Positions 25,737 through 38,671 are shown, numbered from the whole stretch's first letter. The stretch is 61,366 nucleotides of DNA, filler included, from Chiloscyllium plagiosum (GCF_004010195.1; 3 parts of one record of this genome joined end to end with filler, not necessarily neighbours in it), one strand, 5' to 3'. Made by a program: numbers and translations. The notes: generated from the letters alone by a model not told the origin.

Positions 25737-27605
25737 GCGAGATCCAAGGTGGCGGCGACCAAGTAGGTCTGAGTCTGCAGAGCTCTGCCAAAGACTCAGG
25801 CAAAGTGGGGTACCCACCCTCACCTCACCTGCTTAGTTGCTAAAATAGTTTTTGCCCAGCATTCTTGGCCATTCTACATCAAACTTTAGCAGTCTGATGA
25901 TTTTTAAAATGACCGAAGGTAAAGGCTCTCGCAGTTCACAACAGGCAGGGACTTCTCCCCCACTACCCCTTAGCAACAGAGATGTCTGAGGCCGCCCCGG
26001 GGGTCTGACCTGCAGGGGCTAGCCTAATCTCGGAGTTTCTTAAACTCTGAGAGAAGATTGATGAGTTCATTGAAGAGACGCAGTTCAGGTGGGAGTCGAT
26101 CTCAGTCATACTGCAGAAACATGATGGAGAGAACGAGAAACTCGGGCAGCGTGTCTGGAGAGGCGGGAAAATCGAGGTCATCCGAAAAATATTCGGTTGC
26201 TGGGCCTTCCCGAACGGAAGGAGGAAGGTCAGCTTGTTGATTTCCTGGAACAATGGCTTCCACAGCTGCTGGAACTGGAGACGGATCTGGGCTGGCTGCC
26301 GGTTGAGCGGGCCCATCGGGTTGCTGTGCGCCGGCTCAAGTCGGACCAGAGCCTCCACCAGGTCCTAGTTCAACTTCAATATTCGAGGGAAAAACAGATG
26401 CTGGGAGAGTCCACCTTAGTGTTGGGAAGGATATCCCAGCCATGATATACAAGGGCTCCAGAATAATGTTGTTCTCTGGCTGTGGGCCACAAGAGGAAGG
26501 CATTTGATGATTTCGAAGAAGCGTCTGAAGGATTTAAATATTCAATATTCTATGTGATGTGCTGCAGTCATGTCATGGAGGATCTATATATGTCTTCAGT
26601 TCACGGAAAAAGTGAAAGAATTCCTGGATGCTCTCAAATAGACTGCAGGATTTGAACTGTATGGATAATGACTTTATTTTGCTCCCTTTTTCTTTTCTTT
26701 TTCCTCCTCCTTTCTTCCTTTTTTCTCTACTCTATCTCTCCGTAGTGGTGGGGGAGGGGAGTGTTAGTTCCTTATCCTTTCTCTGGACTCTTATCTATAG
26801 CTCGTCCGGTTTATTTCATTATTGGGGCACGTTTCTGAGTGTTTTTTTTAAAATTTGGTTGCTTATTACTTGCTGGGATTGTGATTTTGTAATTTATTAG
26901 AATTTCATCTTGTGTTGTTTTGCTAAGTGTATCGAGGTTTTGGTGTGGGGGGTCGCCCACTTTTAACTTCTGCCTTATAAGATGTTGGAATTTATTTAGT
27001 CTACTCTGTAATGCCTGGGCCGAGGGCATGCCTCTGGCTGGGAGATGGCATGGTGGGATTATTGGAAGATAGTAGTGCCTCCTCTGAACAAGGGGGAAAA
27101 TCTCATCTTACATATGTATATGTTATTTGTTTCTAGGAAAAGTTCTTAGTTGTTTTGATTCAGCTGTTGTAAAGAGAGTTTTACGTGTGAACCATTTTTG
27201 GTTTTTATTCAATGTCTTTTGGGTGGGGCTCTTCCTCCTGGGGGGTCTCGGGCTTGCTTGGACTATAATGGCGAGTCATTCGTTTCGGTGGTGCATCTGG
27301 AATGTCAAGGGGAGTCACTCATTAATCAAAAGGAAAGAAAAAACATCAAGTCTTAAAAAAAGAAATAGTTGAATGTAGCCCATCTACAGGAGACACATCT
27401 ACTTGATAAGGAGCATTCGAAGCTGCAACAGGGTGGATTTGGCCAGGTGTTCTTTTCAACTTTCAGCTCAGAAAATAGGGGAGTTGCCAATCTTACTGGG
27501 AAGAATCTTTCCTTCCAAATGCTATTCCAGCAAAAAGATGAGTCTGGATGGTAAATATTAATTAAAGCCCTAGTATATGGGGAGGAATATGAATCCTCAT
27601 TGCCT
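25737..27605 (+). mobile_element. L1 5' half, paralog of 12770-14755, with ~105 bp ORF1 deletion
   Basis: LGLPERKEEGQLVDFLEQWLPQLL..VERAHR; WNVKGSHS; LQETHL. Confidence 0.88.
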
Positions 27606-27898
27606 GCTGTAAACCCACGCAGACTCCACACAGCCACTTGCCCGAGAAAGAAATTGAACCCGGGTTTCTGGAGCTGTGAAACAGCAGTGCTAACCACTGT
27701 GCCACTGCATTCATGCACGAGTTCTTCCTCCTGACATATTCTTGTAGCCAATTAATTTACATACACCGAAAAGTGTAGCGCTGGAAAAGCACAACAGGTT
27801 AGGCAGGAGGAGAATCGACGTTTTATCATAAGCCCTTCACAGGAATGGGGAATGAAATTATGTGGTAAAAACAATGACTGCAGATACTGGAAACTAGA

Positions 27899-28095
27899 TT
27901 CTGGATTAGTGGTGTTGGAAGAGCACAGCAGTTCAGGCAGCATCCATGAGCAGTAAAATCGACATTTTGGACAAAAGCCCTTCATCAGGAATACAGCGGT
28001 ATTCCTGATGAAGGGCTTTTGCTCGAAACTTCGATTTTACTGCTCCTCGGAGGCTGCCTGAACTGCTGTGCTCTTCCAGCACCACTAATCCAGAA
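27899..28095. repeat. Fold-back pseudo-LTR palindrome (paralog of 12282-12475)
   Basis: Arms around loop AGCG at 27995-27998. Confidence 0.92.
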
Positions 28096-28393
28096 TGAAA
28101 TTATATGGTCAGTCCAGTTCTGGTTAACAGTAATCCCCGCGATATTGTTAGGTGGGTGTTCAGTGATGGTGGTGGCATTGACCGTTAGAGGATATGGTTC
28201 AGTTCTGTATTGTTAGAGGTAATTGTTAGAGGCACGTGTGTAATGGAAGTGGTCCTTGTCATTGTTAAGCACACGCCTGCATATTTCTAGTTCCTTGTTG
28301 CATTTGGATAAGGATTGCTTCAGTATCTGAGTAAATCACGAATCGTGTTGAACATTGTCCAATCATTGGCAAGCATCCCCGCTTGTGACTTTA

Positions 28394-28493
28394 NNNNNNN
28401 NNNNNNNNNNNNNNNNNNNNNNNNNNNNNNNNNNNNNTTAATTAATTAANNNNNNNNNNNNNNNNNNNNNNNNNNNNNNNNNNNNNNNNNNNN
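28394..28493. other. Artificial scaffold linker N44-TTAATTAATTAA-N44
   Basis: 100-bp spacer with a six-frame stop 12-mer at 28438-28449. Confidence 0.95.
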
Positions 28494-29670
28494 GGCCTGA
28501 TTGTCAGTGTAAAGTGGAGCATATGCCAGGCAATGACAGTGAAAAATGTGCTGGAATACAGTTCTGCTACTGTTGGTAATGTCCAAACCACCTCACACAG
28601 GCCAGCGCTGAGCTCTAGATCTCTTCAAAATCTGTCCCATTTAGCATGGGGATAGTATCTCTCACATGTGCGCTCATGCATGTACACGCACACACACATA
28701 CAAGTGTAAAAGTGGGACTTTGTCTCCAGAAATACTGTTTGAGGTGTCACCGTTCCAAATATGGTCATCGATCAATGTGTCTGCCAACAGTAGGTTTCTC
28801 CCTCTCAGTTGTCCCCCCACCCCACCCCGACCCAGTGCAGAGCCAGTCTCGCAGCTGTGTTGTTTTTTACCCGACCATCTTTATCAGCAGTGCTGCTGCT
28901 GAACCCGACTTGGTGGTGGTTTTGAAATGTATACATACCCAATATACATTCTCCAGCTCTGTCACTCTATAAGGGCTTCCTGCAAGTGTTGTTCAATGTG
29001 GAGGACACTGATCCATTAGCTGAGGGGGCGGGGAGGAGTCAACAGGAGATTTCCGTGTCAGTGTTTGATCTGACACAGTGAGGCTGAGGGAGGGGAGTCA
29101 GCAGGAGGTTTCTGTGTCAGTGTTTAATATGACACCGTCTGGTTTTGTTATGTCACATTTGTTGCTTGAACAGTCTGTAGGATACCTCTCCCAAGTCTTG
29201 CCCTGGACCCCAGACATTAGGAAGGAGGGGTTTCCAGTGTCTGCAGGACTTTTGTTTTTGTCATGTCAATTGAAGGGCCTCTTCTGTCTGTATGATACTC
29301 TATAACTCTTGTGATTGGACACTCCAAGGTCTCACTCCTTCAGTTCCTCCCAGTGCCTTGTCTATTCTATAGATTTCTACAATATGTTCTCCAGTAAATC
29401 ATTGCACAGCACCGTTTTTAAACTATCTACGTGTATCTCTGTATCATTTCCTGTCATCTCCACCAGCCACTGCATCCATCTGTGTCTCAGTAACCCTCCG
29501 TATCTCCACAATCTTTATCTCATACTCCAACCTCATCTATCACTGTAAATTCTGCCAGCCCTTACAACCCTCCCTATGTCTTTATTCTCCAGCGGCTATA
29601 CCTCTCATCCGTATCCTGTGAATTAATTTAAAAATATCTCACTAACCTCTTCTAGCATGCACAGGCCACG

Positions 29671-30023
29671 CTATCTCTTGACTGCATCCAGCCTTGCTTT
29701 CCCATCTCTGTAACATCTCCAACCTTGATTTTCTCTCTTTGTAAGATCTGCAGCCTTGCTTTCCCAGCTCTGTAACATCACCAGCCTTGCTTTCCGATTT
29801 GTGTAACATCTCCAGCCTTGCTTTCCTATCTCTGTAACATCATCAACCTTGCTTTCCAATCTCTGTAACATCTCCAGCCTTGCTTTCCTATCTCTGTAAC
29901 ATCTTCAGCCTTGCTTCCCCATCAATGTAACATTTTCCAGCCTGGCTTTCCTCTCCCTGTAACATCTCCAGCCTTGCTTTCCTATGTCTGTAACATCTCC
30001 AACCTTGCTTTCCTATCTCTGTT
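29671..30023 (+). repeat. 31-bp minisatellite, ~11 units
   Basis: Consensus CTCTGTAACATCTCCAGCCTTGCTTTCCTAT. Confidence 0.95.
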
Positions 30024-30297
30024 AACACTGCTGCCTCACATTGCCCGAGACCCGGGTTCACTTCCCACTTCAAGCAACTGTCTGTGTGGAGTTTGCGCAT
30101 TCTCCCCATGTCTGCCAGGTTTTCCTACGAGTGTTCCCATTTCCTCCCACAATCCAAAAACTTTGTGAATTGGCCATGCTTAGTTGCCAATAGTGTTCGG
30201 TGAAGGGGTAAATGTAAAGGAATGGGTCTGTGTGGGTTGAACTTCGGAGGGTTTGTGTGGACTTGTCGGGCCGAAGGGTCTTTTTTCACACTGTAAG
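30022..30297 (+). mobile_element. HE1-like SINE abutting the minisatellite
   Basis: GTTAACACTGCTGCCTCACA..CCCGGGTTCACTTCC..GGACTTGTCGGGCCGAAGGG. Confidence 0.85.
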
Positions 30298-32747
30298 CTA
30301 AAATGTGCTTTAAAAATGTGTGTATGTCATCATTTCGATTCGAACATCGACCCACAAAGCTTTGAAGATCCTTCCAAGATACTGTCCATCCTTTCAGCAG
30401 TAACTGACTTGCTAATTAATAATGCAACACCACCTCATCTTTAACACCCTGACCTGTCCTGCTTTTCGTTCCAGTAGAACAGAGTATTGAGTTGTTAGCC
30501 CTGACCTCCCTCAAATGCGCCTCTGTGATGGCAAAAATGTCACACCTCCACATGTCAACTCATTCCCTTATCACATCTGTCAGAGCCTACCTGATAATAC
30601 TCCCAGCATTAACGTAAGCTGGAATATAATACCTGGAATACCCTATACCTCGGAGTTCTTCAGTCATTTCCTGTGTGTTATCAAGCTGCTCAAACCATAG
30701 ACCACAACTCTAACTCTGGCACTGAATGAATATCTTATTCAAAGGAATTGTAATTTCTTATTTAAAAAAAATGTATTCATCAAGTGCAACTTTCCAGAAC
30801 TGAGCAGTCAGCTCCACATGCAATGAGTTTCTGATGGTTAATTCCCCACTCAGTGTGCAGAGGGGACAGCCCTCAATCATGGAGAAAGTGAGGACTGCAG
30901 TTGATGGAGATCAGAGTCAAAAAGTGTGGTGCTGGAAAAGTACAGTAGATCAGGCAGCATCCGAGGGGCAGGAGAATCGATGTTTCGGTCGTAAACTCTT
31001 CATCAGGAAGCCATTGGTGCATTCCTTTATTTTTTTCATCCCATGATTCACAGAATGTTGGGAACTGTACTTATTCAGGAAGGCAGCACTGTATATAACA
31101 CTGAAATGGAAAGAAGTCAATCAGTTGGTTGGGCAGGGTATAGAAAAGTTGAAGGGAAGTATAGACTGATTGAATGAATTACAAACATAAGGATAGGTAA
31201 ATCCCCTGGGCCAGATGGGGTTACCCTCGGTTACTCCAGGAATTGACGGGAGAGATTGGTGTGCCTTTGGCGATGATCTTTGCGTCCTCACTGTCCACTG
31301 GAGCAGTGCCAGCCAGATGATTGGAGGATGACAAATGTTATTCACTTGTTCAGGAAAGGGAATAGGGATAACTCTGGGAATGACCGAATAGTCAGTCTTA
31401 CATCAGTGGCGGGCAAAGTATTGCAGATGTTTCTGACAGACAGGATTTTCAATGACTTAGTAAACGATAGTTTGATTAGAGATAGTCAGCATGGTTTTGT
31501 GAGGAGCAGGTCATCCCTAAGAAACCTTACTGAATTCTTTGAAGATGTAAAAAACCTGTTGATGAAGGTAGACCTGTAGATGTGGTGAACAAGTATTTTA
31601 GCAAGGCGTTCCCAATTTAGGCTCACTCAGAATGTACGGAAGCATGGCGCGCAGAGACATTTGGCTGTTTGGATACGGGCGTGGCTGGCCCATAGAAAAC
31701 AGAAGATGGTAACAGATGGAAAGTATTTCGCCTGGAGGTCAGTGACCAGTGGTGTTCCACAGGGATCGGCTCTGGGACCTCTGTTCTTTGTTATTTTTAT
31801 TAATGACTTTGATGCGGAAGTGGACAAGTAGGTTAGTAAGTTTGCCGATGAGACGAAGTTGGTGGGATTGTGGATAGTGTGGAGGGCTATTGTAGGTTGC
31901 AACAGGATATTGACAGGATGAGAGCTGGGCTGATAAGTAGCAGATAGAATTCGACCTTAAAAAGTGTGAAGCAATTTATTTTGGAAGGTTTTATAAAGAA
32001 TACAGAGTTAAAGGCATAATTCCTGGCAGTGTGTAGTGACAGAGGGATCTTGGGGTCATTGTCCATAGATCTCTCAAAGTTGCCACCCAAGTTCACAGTG
32101 CTGTTGAGAAGGAATACGGTGTGTTGTCTTTCATTATCAGGGGTATTGAGTTTAAGAGCAGCGAGGTTATCTCTTTGCTCTATGAAGTTGTGGTACAAAC
32201 GCACAGAATATTGTGTTCAGTTCTGGTTGCCTCATTATCGGAAACACTTGGAAGCCTCAAAGGGTGTGCAGAGCAGACTTACCAGTGTGCTGCTTGGACT
32301 GGAGGGCACGTCTTACAAAGAAAGGTTGAGCGGATGGGGCTTTCCTCCAGCTGTAGTAGAAGAGTCAGATACATTAGGGATATTTAAGAAGACTCTTGGA
32401 TAGACATACAAAAGTTAGTGCATTGAAGGTTATGTAGGTTAGTCTGATCTTAAAGTAGGATAAAAGGCTGGCAAAACGTTGAGGGCTGAAGCGCCTGCAC
32501 TGTGCTCTACTGTTCTATGTTCCAAGTTGCACTCAGCTTGTGGATTCTCATCAGTTGGTGAATGTGTGAGGGAGTGAAGTGTGTGAGGGAGTGAAGCGTG
32601 TGAGGTTAGGAAGGTGGGGATGGGCGTTAGACCAAGACTTCCAGTTTTGATGTAATTGTGTCAGTCACCTGGTGTCAGCACAATATGTGTGGTTATCTAG
32701 ACCAGACAAAATCCACCACGTTCAGTTATTAAAACGGTTTTTGGCTT

Positions 32748-33455
32748 GCAAGGATTGTGAAGGTGTATAGCACAGGATGAGGTTTAGGGTGTAGTTTTGA
32801 TCGCTGAGCTATAGGTTTGATATCCAGACGTTTCGTTACCAGGCCAGGTAACATCATCAGTGGCGACCTCCAAGTGAAGCGAAGCTGTTGTCTCCTGCTT
32901 TCTATTTATATCTTTCTCCTGGATGGGATTCCTGGGATTTGTGGTGATTGCATTTCCTGTTCTTTTTCTGAGGGGTTGATAGATGGCATCTAGATCTATG
33001 TGTTTGTTTATGGTGGTGTGGTTGGAGTACCAGGCCTCTAGGAATTCTCTGGCATGTCTTTGCTTAGCCTATCCCAGGATAGACGTGTTGTCCCACTCGA
33101 AATGGTGTTTATTTTCATCCGTGTGTAGGGCTACGAGGGAGAGAGAGTCGTGTCTTTTTGTGGCTAGCTGGTTTTCATGTATCCTGATGGCTAACTTTCT
33201 TCCTGTTTGTCCTACGTAGTGTTTGTGGCAGTCCTTGCATGGAATTTTGTAGATGACGTTGGTTTTGTCCATAGGTTCCACTGGGTCTTTTAAGTTTGTT
33301 AGTCTTTGTTTGAGAGTGTTGGTGGGTTTGTGTGCTACTAGGATTCTGAGGGGTCTTAGTAGTCTGGCTGTCATTTCTGAAACTTCTTTGATGTATGGTC
33401 AGGTGGTTAGGGTTTCTGATTGTGTTTGGTCTGCTTGTCTTGGTTTGTTCTTGAG
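32748..33455 (-). mobile_element. Penelope-like element 3' part with GIY-YIG endonuclease
   Basis: ORF 33069-33374: KDPVEPMDKTNVIYKIPCKDCHKHYVGQTGRKLAIRIHE..HHFEWDNTSILG. Confidence 0.92.
32824..32863 (-). ncRNA. Minimal type I hammerhead ribozyme, apparently intact
   Basis: Minus strand CCA-CUGAUGA-U-GUUACC-UGGCCU-GGUAAC-GAAAC-GUC-UGG: stem I CCA/UGG, perfect 6-bp stem II, GUC cleavage triplet. Confidence 0.8.
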
Positions 33456-36400
33456 TATTAATTGTGGTTGAAATGAATGAGGGTGATGTTACTGAAATGT
33501 ACAAGATACGGGGGGGCTTGACAAGTTAGATTTTGAACATATGCTTCCATTCATGGGCAGAGTCTCGAACTCGGGGACATAGATACAGAATAAAGGATAC
33601 TGATTTCAAACTGATATGTAACGAAATTTCTTCTTTCCCGAATATAATGAAAATCCAGAATTCACTAACGCAGAGAGTTGTGGAAGCTGGGTAATTGAAT
33701 GTATTTACAGACCGGGTGGATCGGTTTTTGACACATCAGCGAGTTGAGGGAGACAATGGGTTAGCAGGAAAGTGGAGTTGAGCCCTGGAGTAGATCAGCC
33801 ATGTTCATATTGAATGACAGTGCAGGCTTGAGGGGCCGAATCGCCTACTCCTGTTCCTATTTCTTACATTCTTATGTTGTGCTTTTGGAAAATAACTTGT
33901 TATATCGTGGAAGTCGTGTTAAACAATGTTACATTCAGAGAGAGCAGATGATATGTTTGAGTTAACTCTGGGTGCAGTATGGAGGCTGTATTAACAGTGA
34001 AAATGGGTCTGTTACGTGACACACATCTGGACCAGAAGTTACATAAAGGGGCAGCTTGGAGAGAGGGATTAGGGGTGGGAGTCATTTCCTGACCCAGCCT
34101 AGATTTTCCATTTAAATTTCCAAAACTACACCCAACCATCGGAGTGGCCTCGATCTGCCTCTGTGTCGCAGGTCCAAAGGGCTGAATTGAACATCAGAAC
34201 ACAGGGCTGAGGGAGACGAGTGGGCCATTCGTTCCTTTGACACTACTCCACTAGTAAGTAAGGTCGTGGCTCATCTCATTGTGGTACCAGCTGCACTTTT
34301 CTCCCCATGCACCATTATCCCTGATTTACCTGTCTATTAAAAATCAGGCGAAGCCAGCCTCGATATAATATAAAGATCTGGCCATCCCAAACTTCTAGGA
34401 AAGAGATTTCCCACTTGAATGGATTCCCATTTTGTGAATTTCTCCTCATTCCTTTTCTGACTGAGGGTGGAGGGTGTCACTATTTCATTTTCTAGTCTCA
34501 CTCCTCCACTGCTCACAACAAACATTAAATGTAACCAGGTTGGTGATATGGCCGATGTGAAAAGACTCAGACTGGGAAAGATTAAGTGATAGGACCAAGT
34601 CAGGCAAATTTCTTTAGTCAGACTCAAGTAACTAACATAACTAATGGGGAACATTGTGGAGCTGTGCTTAGCACTGCTGCCTCACGTCACCAAGGAGCTG
34701 GGTTCAATTCCAACCTCGAACGAACCTCTATGTGGTTTTTGAATATTCTCCACGTGTCTGTGTAGGTTACCTCCTAGTGCCCCAGTTTCCTCTCACAGAC
34801 CAAAGATGTGCATCTTAGAGTGGATTGGCCATGTTAGATTGCCCATAGTGCCCTGGCATGTGTCGGTTAGGTGGGTTAGTCATGAGAAATGTTGGGTTAT
34901 ATGGCGGGCAGGTCTGGGTGTGATGCTTCTTGGTGGGTTGGTGTGGATGCGATGGGCAGACTGTTCTGCATTCACACTGTAACGATTCTATGAAAATGAC
35001 AACAAGTTTGGACTGTGCAAGCACCAAGTGGGCATCTACCTGATCCACTCTCCTCAAGGTATTTTATGTTTCAATAATATCTCCTCTCATTCAAAGAGTA
35101 AGCTGTTAAGGCCTTCATAATATAAGCCCTTAATCCCTGGAATAAGTAAAGCGAAGCATTTCTGAACTGCTTCCAATGCCATTATATCGTTACTCAGGTA
35201 AAGAGACAGAAAATAATCTCTGATTTTTTTTATGTTTGTTTTCTTAGAGTAGTGAGTCTTTGTAAATCTCTTCCGTGTAGAGTATTGGAGGCAGTGATAT
35301 TGAATTTTTTCAGGTACAGACGGAAGGTTCATAAATAATAACGAGCGAAGGACTATTAGGCAGGAATACAACGTAAAACAAAATTATAACATAGATAAAA
35401 ATTTAAAATGCAACAGTGGTAGAATACCGTCCCAAAAGACCAGAGGGCTGCTCTATCTTAGAGATATCTCGCGCGTGGTTTACTCTGAGGGTCACCACAT
35501 CTTGGGTGATGGGGTGAGGTTGAGAGAGCGTCCCCTTCATGATAAACTCTGTCAGTGTGGGGAATTGAACCTGCGCTGTTGGCTTCCCGCTGCATCACAA
35601 ACCAGCCATCCAAGTGGGAGACTGTTTAATTGTTACAGACAGAAACAGTCACAGGCAAAGGGCAAGAGAAACTTTCATGACAAGGACAAAGGTACAATTC
35701 AGATAACGGTCAAGATAACGGCGGAGGACAAAAATATTCTCTGCCGGAATTAAAGTTTATATCGAGACAATTGTTTCGAAACTTTCTATGGGTGAATACA
35801 ATAAAGTGAGACAAGTGAATTAGCCAGAGTTATTAATTGTAATTTGGTATCGTTAACCATAAATATGCGTATACTTCTGACTGATCTGTGGGAAATGTGA
35901 TTATCATTTCATAGAAGTATAGAGCTGCTGGAATATAATGTTTGGAGAATGCATTCCCATTGGAAATGCCCTGGAAAAAGCGCTTGAAGATAACCTGGGT
36001 AAAAGTGCCTGAGTGTTGTCTGGTCAGTGACAGGAACCCAGGAACTGAAAATTTCTCTAACATGGAGGTGAGAAAACCGTCAGATCAGCTGCGATCTTAT
36101 TGAATGCTAGCGCACATTTGAAGGGCTGAATGGCCTCATAATGACTTTGAATTTTATGTGAGTTCAAAAACGTACATCTCTACTCCTCCCCTTATGCGTT
36201 ACATACTAGGGCACTGACATTTTCCTGAAAAATTGAACTATTTGGATCATTATCTGGAACATTCCATGATCAGCGTTCTTCAGAATATTCTTTTGCCGTA
36301 TGGGAGTATTGAAAATGCAATTGATGGCGGGCCGGGGGGAGAGAGAGAGAGAGGGAAGCTACTGCACGGAGTAGTGAGAGTGGTGCAGCATGAGCCTTGT

Positions 36401-36459
36401 TCGGGGATGGATATATACAGTGAGTGTGAGGGAGCAGAGAGAATACGTTGACCCTTATT

Positions 36460-36665
36460 ATGACAGAGCAGGGAAGTTTATTGATGCTTGTCCTGTATTG
36501 CTGGACATTTCTTCAGACCTCAGGCACTGCACTCAGCTGGGTGGTGAGTTCAGATCATGCTTGGTGGGTCTGGTGGCGAGCTCCCTCTGGGAAGAGAATG
36601 GTCCCCCTCTGTACTAGCCCATGCACCAGGACCTCTGTGCTCCTGTCAACAAACCGTGGTGTAAT
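36460..36665 (-). mobile_element. Harbinger Myb/SANT fossil (paralog of 263-470)
   Basis: Near-identical reverse complement of 263-470. Confidence 0.6.
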
Positions 36666-36789
36666 TACCCCTTATCTGCCAACCTCGGAGTAAACAGCAG
36701 TGCAGCTCCAAACAAAGAATGTTCAACCGTGTGCCGATTGGCCTTTTAAGGATGGCCTTTTAAACTGACTTCCCTAACATGTCTCTCTG

Positions 36790-37330
36790 GCAGTGCTGCT
36801 CACACCCACAGTACCCCCTTGTCAAGGCACAGTGCAGATATGGAGCTGTAAATGTATGGGAACTGCACATCCTTTCACTTCCAGCATGGGCTGCAAGTTT
36901 CCACACGCTGGGCAGGGATCTAACACAGTATTACTGAGCAATGGGGTGGTGGACACAGCACTACATGCTGGGAGTATAGTTGTTCCAGGTTTACAGATCA
37001 ATTCACTGCTATTCACTGTACAGCTCCCCATATTGAACAGATACCTTAGCCACGTTTATAGAACAAGCCTACTTGTGTGCGCTGCATATTACCCCATGAT
37101 GGACAGACCATTCGCACAGGTTTCTGAATCAATGAACTGGTGTGGTCTGTACTGCTTCCGATGTTGGACAGATAGATTAGTGAGAGCTGCACAGTATTCC
37201 ATCCTGGACAGACTGCTGAGTTGTAATAAGCCTGGTCTGCACGGTGCTCCATGCTGAGCAGATATATCATCAGATCTTATACGTGTCTGGGCTGGGTGTG
37301 TGAAGTGGATTATGAATCCGATATAATTCC
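36790..37330 (-). mobile_element. Ancient CR1/L2-group RT fossil (paralog 50940-51460 +)
   Basis: The paralog reads PDEISA..MEHCTDQFQYNPAISPGWNIAQVSPVH..IDVDKAS, resembling GPDNIPA..LFQYSYNTGIYP.MWKIAQVCPVH..LDIKAAF. Confidence 0.5.
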
Positions 37331-37443
37331 TGATAGAGCTACGAATCCTCTAGCTCGAAGCATTCGGCTTCCAACCCCTTGTATTCTGGAACTTATTGTC
37401 CATTAAGTAGTTATCCAATGAAAGCATGAATATCTGTCCTTCT

Positions 37444-37935
37444 TGTCATGGACGCGAACAGACACTTCTCACAATATATGAAGAAGGTAGTGTCGGCCCG
37501 AACATTTTCTTACTTTAAAGGTTTGGTGCTGTGTTTAAGATGCAATTCGTTTGGTCAAAATGTTCGACATTAAACAAAACACAATTTATTCAAACACTGT
37601 AGACAAAATTCATCAAAAACAAGAGGAACTTGGAAAATCTTAATTTATTGGAAAACTCAACAGATTAATAGCTTATTTAATTACTCAACAGTAACTGCTC
37701 CAATGTTGTAACATCCTAGAAACACACAAGTATAAAACAACCAATTCAGGAAACACTTGCAATTCTCCAATCCAGAAGGAACGATCATCAAAAGACAATT
37801 CTGCGAGAAATCTCATGGAGAGAGAGCAGCAGCCGGGAGAGATATACTGCCTTCCATTCCTGCTGAGACCACAGCAATAAATGGCAAAAGGTAATACTAA
37901 GAATCCTTGATCTGTGAGAGCTTGACCATCACTCC
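37444..37935 (-). mobile_element. LTR-like fragment ~600 bp upstream of the GPCR exon (paralog ~50330-50810)
   Basis: Edge TGTCATGG (TGTTATGG in the paralog); minus-strand AATAAA at ~37585; resembles shark solo LTRs from memory. Confidence 0.4.
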
Positions 37936-38340
37936 ACAGGACCAGGCCGCGGCTGCAAGGACCACAGTGAATTGACTGTATCTCCACCGTCTTTGGCACT
38001 GTAGTAACGTCTCAAACATGCCTAACCCCACCTAAGTGCGGCAATTTTGGTAAGATAAGTGTCAACGTTAGATATAAATAATTAAAGCCAAAGGATGCAG
38101 CAGGCCTGGTGATCAGACACAGACGGCCTCTGGACCCCAACACTTCCTACCGTGCCACAACACAGTAGACGTATCGAGCTTATGAAGAGAAAGCATCATC
38201 TCTCTCCCTCACATCTAACTTTACAATTCGAGATGCGCCATTCAACCAATAGTTAGTGATGTCATCAGCACACCAAACAAAATATTATTGTCATATGTCA
38301 GGGTTGTTGTAAAAGGGGTTAACTGGAGCTGTTTGTTCGG

Positions 38341-38415
38341 TGACTGTGATTGATGTCAGTCTCCATGGATCTTACCTGTGTCACTGGAAGTTTTCCTTTT
38401 CTATTAATAAGGGGC
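38341..38415 (+). promoter_or_regulatory. Candidate proximal promoter of GPCR exon 1
   Basis: 30-bp block 38341-38370 is identical in the diverged paralog (49923-49952); TATA-like TATTAATAA at 38402 (TATTATTAA in the paralog). Confidence 0.4.
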
Positions 38416-38538
38416 TTCCTTCAACTTGTTATCACATAGTATCAGGGGCAGTGTCTTCCTCAAGATTATTGGGATCAGCAGCTACAGAGAAAGGGACAGG
38501 AAGACAATCTTAGAACAACAGACTGGAATGTTCCAGCA

Positions 38539-38671
38539 ATGGACAGAAAATTATCCTGGGGTCTTCACTTGCTTTCTCATGATTGGGCATGGTTAGAGTT
38601 GCGGATAGAAGCCGTACTGATGATTATTCAAGCTGGGTACTATCCCATCCTCGCTATTATTGGTGTTCCTG
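38539..38671 (+). CDS. First coding exon of a class A GPCR, probably GPR139/GPR142-like (N-terminus plus first half of TM1)
   Basis: MDRKLSWGLHLLSHDWAWLELRIEAVLMIIQAGYYPILAIIGVP, then phase-1 donor G|GTAAGC at 38671/38672. YYPILAIIGVP just before the TM1 Asn is typical of this family as I recall it. No exon 2 found. Confidence 0.75.

Larger units (their letters stand above)
24935..36927. repeat. Segmental duplication copy 4 (most complete unit), running into the GPCR exon upstream region
   Basis: Inverted homology to 6891-15580 and 1-4700; direct homology to 16081-18230. Confidence 0.93.

Noticed and set aside
29671..30023. CRISPR-like array
   Set aside because: Head-to-tail 31-mers without unique spacers, in a vertebrate context.
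36793..37257. 154-aa ORF as a novel protein
   Set aside because: Antisense to a decayed LINE RT; the frame is not preserved in the 51 kb paralog.
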